64,000 nt of DNA from Lachnospiraceae bacterium. GTDB taxonomy: Bacteria; Bacillota; Clostridia; Lachnospirales; Lachnospiraceae. The stretch is from positions 3,626-67,625 of the forward strand of contig JAZRFM010000016.1 of NCBI GenBank assembly GCA_045661345.1. The letters run 5' to 3'. Shown here in pieces: positions 62,494 to 64,000 of the stretch. A program made the position numbers and the translations under genes. The notes under the pieces are model-generated. The model was not told the origin of the DNA, did no database searches, and worked only from the letters and a program-made list of their open reading frames with translations. Numbering within the stretch: the stretch's first letter is position 1; every line of letters begins with the position of its first letter.

Positions 62494-63780
62494 ATGAGGA
62501 CAGAGAAAGAAAGCTTTGTATTTCGGGGATCCATTTGCTACAGCAGGGACAAGGACAGATTACAGACATTTGATGACGCTTATCTGGTGTGTGTCGGGGG
62601 GCGCTCGAAGGGTGTGTTTGACGTGCTTCCGGAAAGATACGGGAGTCTTCCCCGCAGGGAGACAGGGCATAAGCTGATTATTCCCGGTCTGGTGGATCTC
62701 CATATCCATGCGCCCCAGTATCAGTTCCGGGGGACCGGCATGGACATGGAGCTTCTGGAATGGCTGGAGACCTATGCGTTTCCCGAGGAAGCAAAATACG
62801 AGGATCTCTCCTATGCGAAGAAAGCCTACGGTCTTTTTGTAAAAGAAATGAAAAAGGGGGCGACGACCCGCGCCTCCATATTTGCCACAAGTCACAGACA
62901 GGCAACTGTTTTACTCATGAAGATGCTGGAGGAGACAGGACTTGTGACCTGCGTAGGAAAGGTAAACATGGACAGGAATGTACCTTCCTATTATGTCGAA
63001 AGCACGGAACAATCCCTTGCCGAAACAAAGCAGTGGATTGAGGATGTGGAGGAGTCCGGTTTCCGGAACACCAGAGCCATCCTCACACCCAGGTTTGTCC
63101 CTTCCTGCACAGGGGAACTCATGAAAGGGCTGGCGGAGCTGGCACAGACGTATGACCTTCCGAGCCAGTCGCATCTTTCGGAAAACCTGTCCGAAATTGA
63201 ATATGTGCGGCAGCTGGAGCCGGACACCTCGTGCTATGCACAGAGCTATGTAAAGGCAGGCCTCATGGGACAGGGAAAGGGATGCATCATGGCCCATTGC
63301 GTATGGTCCGGGGAAGAGGAACAGGAGATCCTGAGGGAAAACGGCGTTTTCATCGCTCACAGCCCTGATTCCAACACAAACCTCTTTTCCGGTGCCGCTC
63401 CGGTCAAGACCTATCTGCAAAAAGGGCTTCATGTAGGTCTTGCTACCGATGTGGCAGGGGGCGCAACCACCTCCATGATCCAGACAGTCAGGACCGCGAT
63501 ACAGGTTTCCAAGCTGAGAAACAGGCTCTATGATCGGGACACGGGAGCGCTGACCTTTCCGGAGGCCTTTTACCTGGCCACCAAAGGGGGCGGTGCGTTC
63601 TTTGACAATGCCGGGAGCTTTGACGCAGGATGCCCCTTTGATGCACTGGTGCTGGATGACGGGGCGATTCCCACCACGAAGGAGGATATGTCGGTGGAGG
63701 AGCGGGCAGAGCGCTTCTTTTACCTTGGCGATGACAGACATATTCTTGAAAAATATGTGAATGGTGTCCGGATTTTGTAA
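62494..63780 (+). CDS. guaD: Guanine deaminase
   Basis: PGLVDLHIHAPQYQFRGTGMD ... LEWLETYAFPEE ... SQSHLSEN ... HCVW ... HSPDSN are amidohydrolase guanine-deaminase motifs. Confidence 0.88.
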   Translation: MRTEKESFVFRGSICYSRDKDRLQTFDDAYLVCVGGRSKGVFDVLPERYGSLPRRETGHKLIIPGLVDLHIHAPQYQFRGTGMDMELLEWLETYAFPEEAKYEDLSYAKKAYGLFVKEMKKGATTRASIFATSHRQATVLLMKMLEETGLVTCVGKVNMDRNVPSYYVESTEQSLAETKQWIEDVEESGFRNTRAILTPRFVPSCTGELMKGLAELAQTYDLPSQSHLSENLSEIEYVRQLEPDTSCYAQSYVKAGLMGQGKGCIMAHCVWSGEEEQEILRENGVFIAHSPDSNTNLFSGAAPVKTYLQKGLHVGLATDVAGGATTSMIQTVRTAIQVSKLRNRLYDRDTGALTFPEAFYLATKGGGAFFDNAGSFDAGCPFDALVLDDGAIPTTKEDMSVEERAERFFYLGDDRHILEKYVNGVRIL

Positions 63781-63790
63781 GGAGAGGTTC

Positions 63791-64000
63791 AGTGAAGCTG
63801 ATACAGACGAGAGATGCCGTGGGACAGATGCTTTGCCATGACATCACGGAAATCATAAAGGATAAGACAAAGGGGCCGCTTTTTCGAAAGGGGCACATCA
63901 TCCGTGAGGAGGATATACCAAAGCTCCTGTCTCTCGGAAAGGATCACGTTTATATCTGGGAAGTCACGGAGAATATGATGCATGAGGACGAGGCGGCTCT
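63791..64000 (+). CDS. Molybdopterin-binding (MoeA N-terminal-like) protein, 3'-truncated by the window edge
   Basis: GTG at 63791 after a GGAGAGG RBS. The frame is open to nt 64000: VKLIQTRDAVGQMLCHDITEI ... FRKGHIIREEDIPKLLSLGKDHVYIWE. Confidence 0.55.

Overview
This 64-kb window is chromosomal DNA from a Firmicute, most likely a gut Clostridia, judging by AGGAGG-type RBSs, gene content, and GC-rich coding sequence with AT-rich spacers. No rRNA, CRISPR array or intact mobile element was seen.

**1. Accessory-looking locus (nt 1-24130).** Four paralogous large proteins without signal peptides (A-D) dominate this part.
- They share a helical N-terminal domain but have mosaic C-termini.
- B and C carry a C-terminal domain whose catalytic-loop and metal-loop motifs (GQIDRHxGN ... 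AIDNDMSFG) resemble PI3/PI4-kinase and HipA-type atypical kinases.
- D has the same domain with every key motif residue replaced, so it is a probable pseudokinase. A has an unrelated C-terminus.
- B and C also contain in-frame tandem repeats and E/Q/R-rich tracts. Their kinase-like halves are nearly identical at the nucleotide level although their N-termini are diverged.
- A sigma-factor-less partner-switching cassette sits between B and C: two tandem Cache-HAMP-PP2C phosphatases, an RsbW-like kinase and a STAS antagonist, followed by two GNAT-like genes.
- A tRNA-Ala(GGC), an Rpn/YhgA-like fragment and two charged coiled-coil hypothetical genes lie between A and B.

**2. Housekeeping and miscellaneous genes (24-35 kb).** These are dtd, an unusual GT2 glycosyltransferase-GH3 fusion coupled to a helix-hairpin-helix protein, a lipoprotein, glnA, deoD, a YitT-family gene and a 5'-nucleotidase.

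**3. Anaerobic purine catabolism locus (35-64 kb).** It is syntenic with the E. coli ygeW-ygfK/xdh region.
- Catabolic block: ssnA, ygfK, ygeX, ygeY, ygeW, carbamate kinase, ridA, hyuA.
- Embedded 'orphan SelD' selenium-cofactor module: DUF3343, yqeC, yqeB, selD, a class-V desulfurase/lyase, yedE and a TusA/YedF-like gene.
- Two xanthine-dehydrogenase-type enzymes, mocA, adenine and guanine deaminases, and Moco biosynthesis genes.
- A ~290-bp imperfect palindrome sits between the catabolic block and the selenium module.

All functional calls rest on motif and family recognition by eye. No database search was possible.
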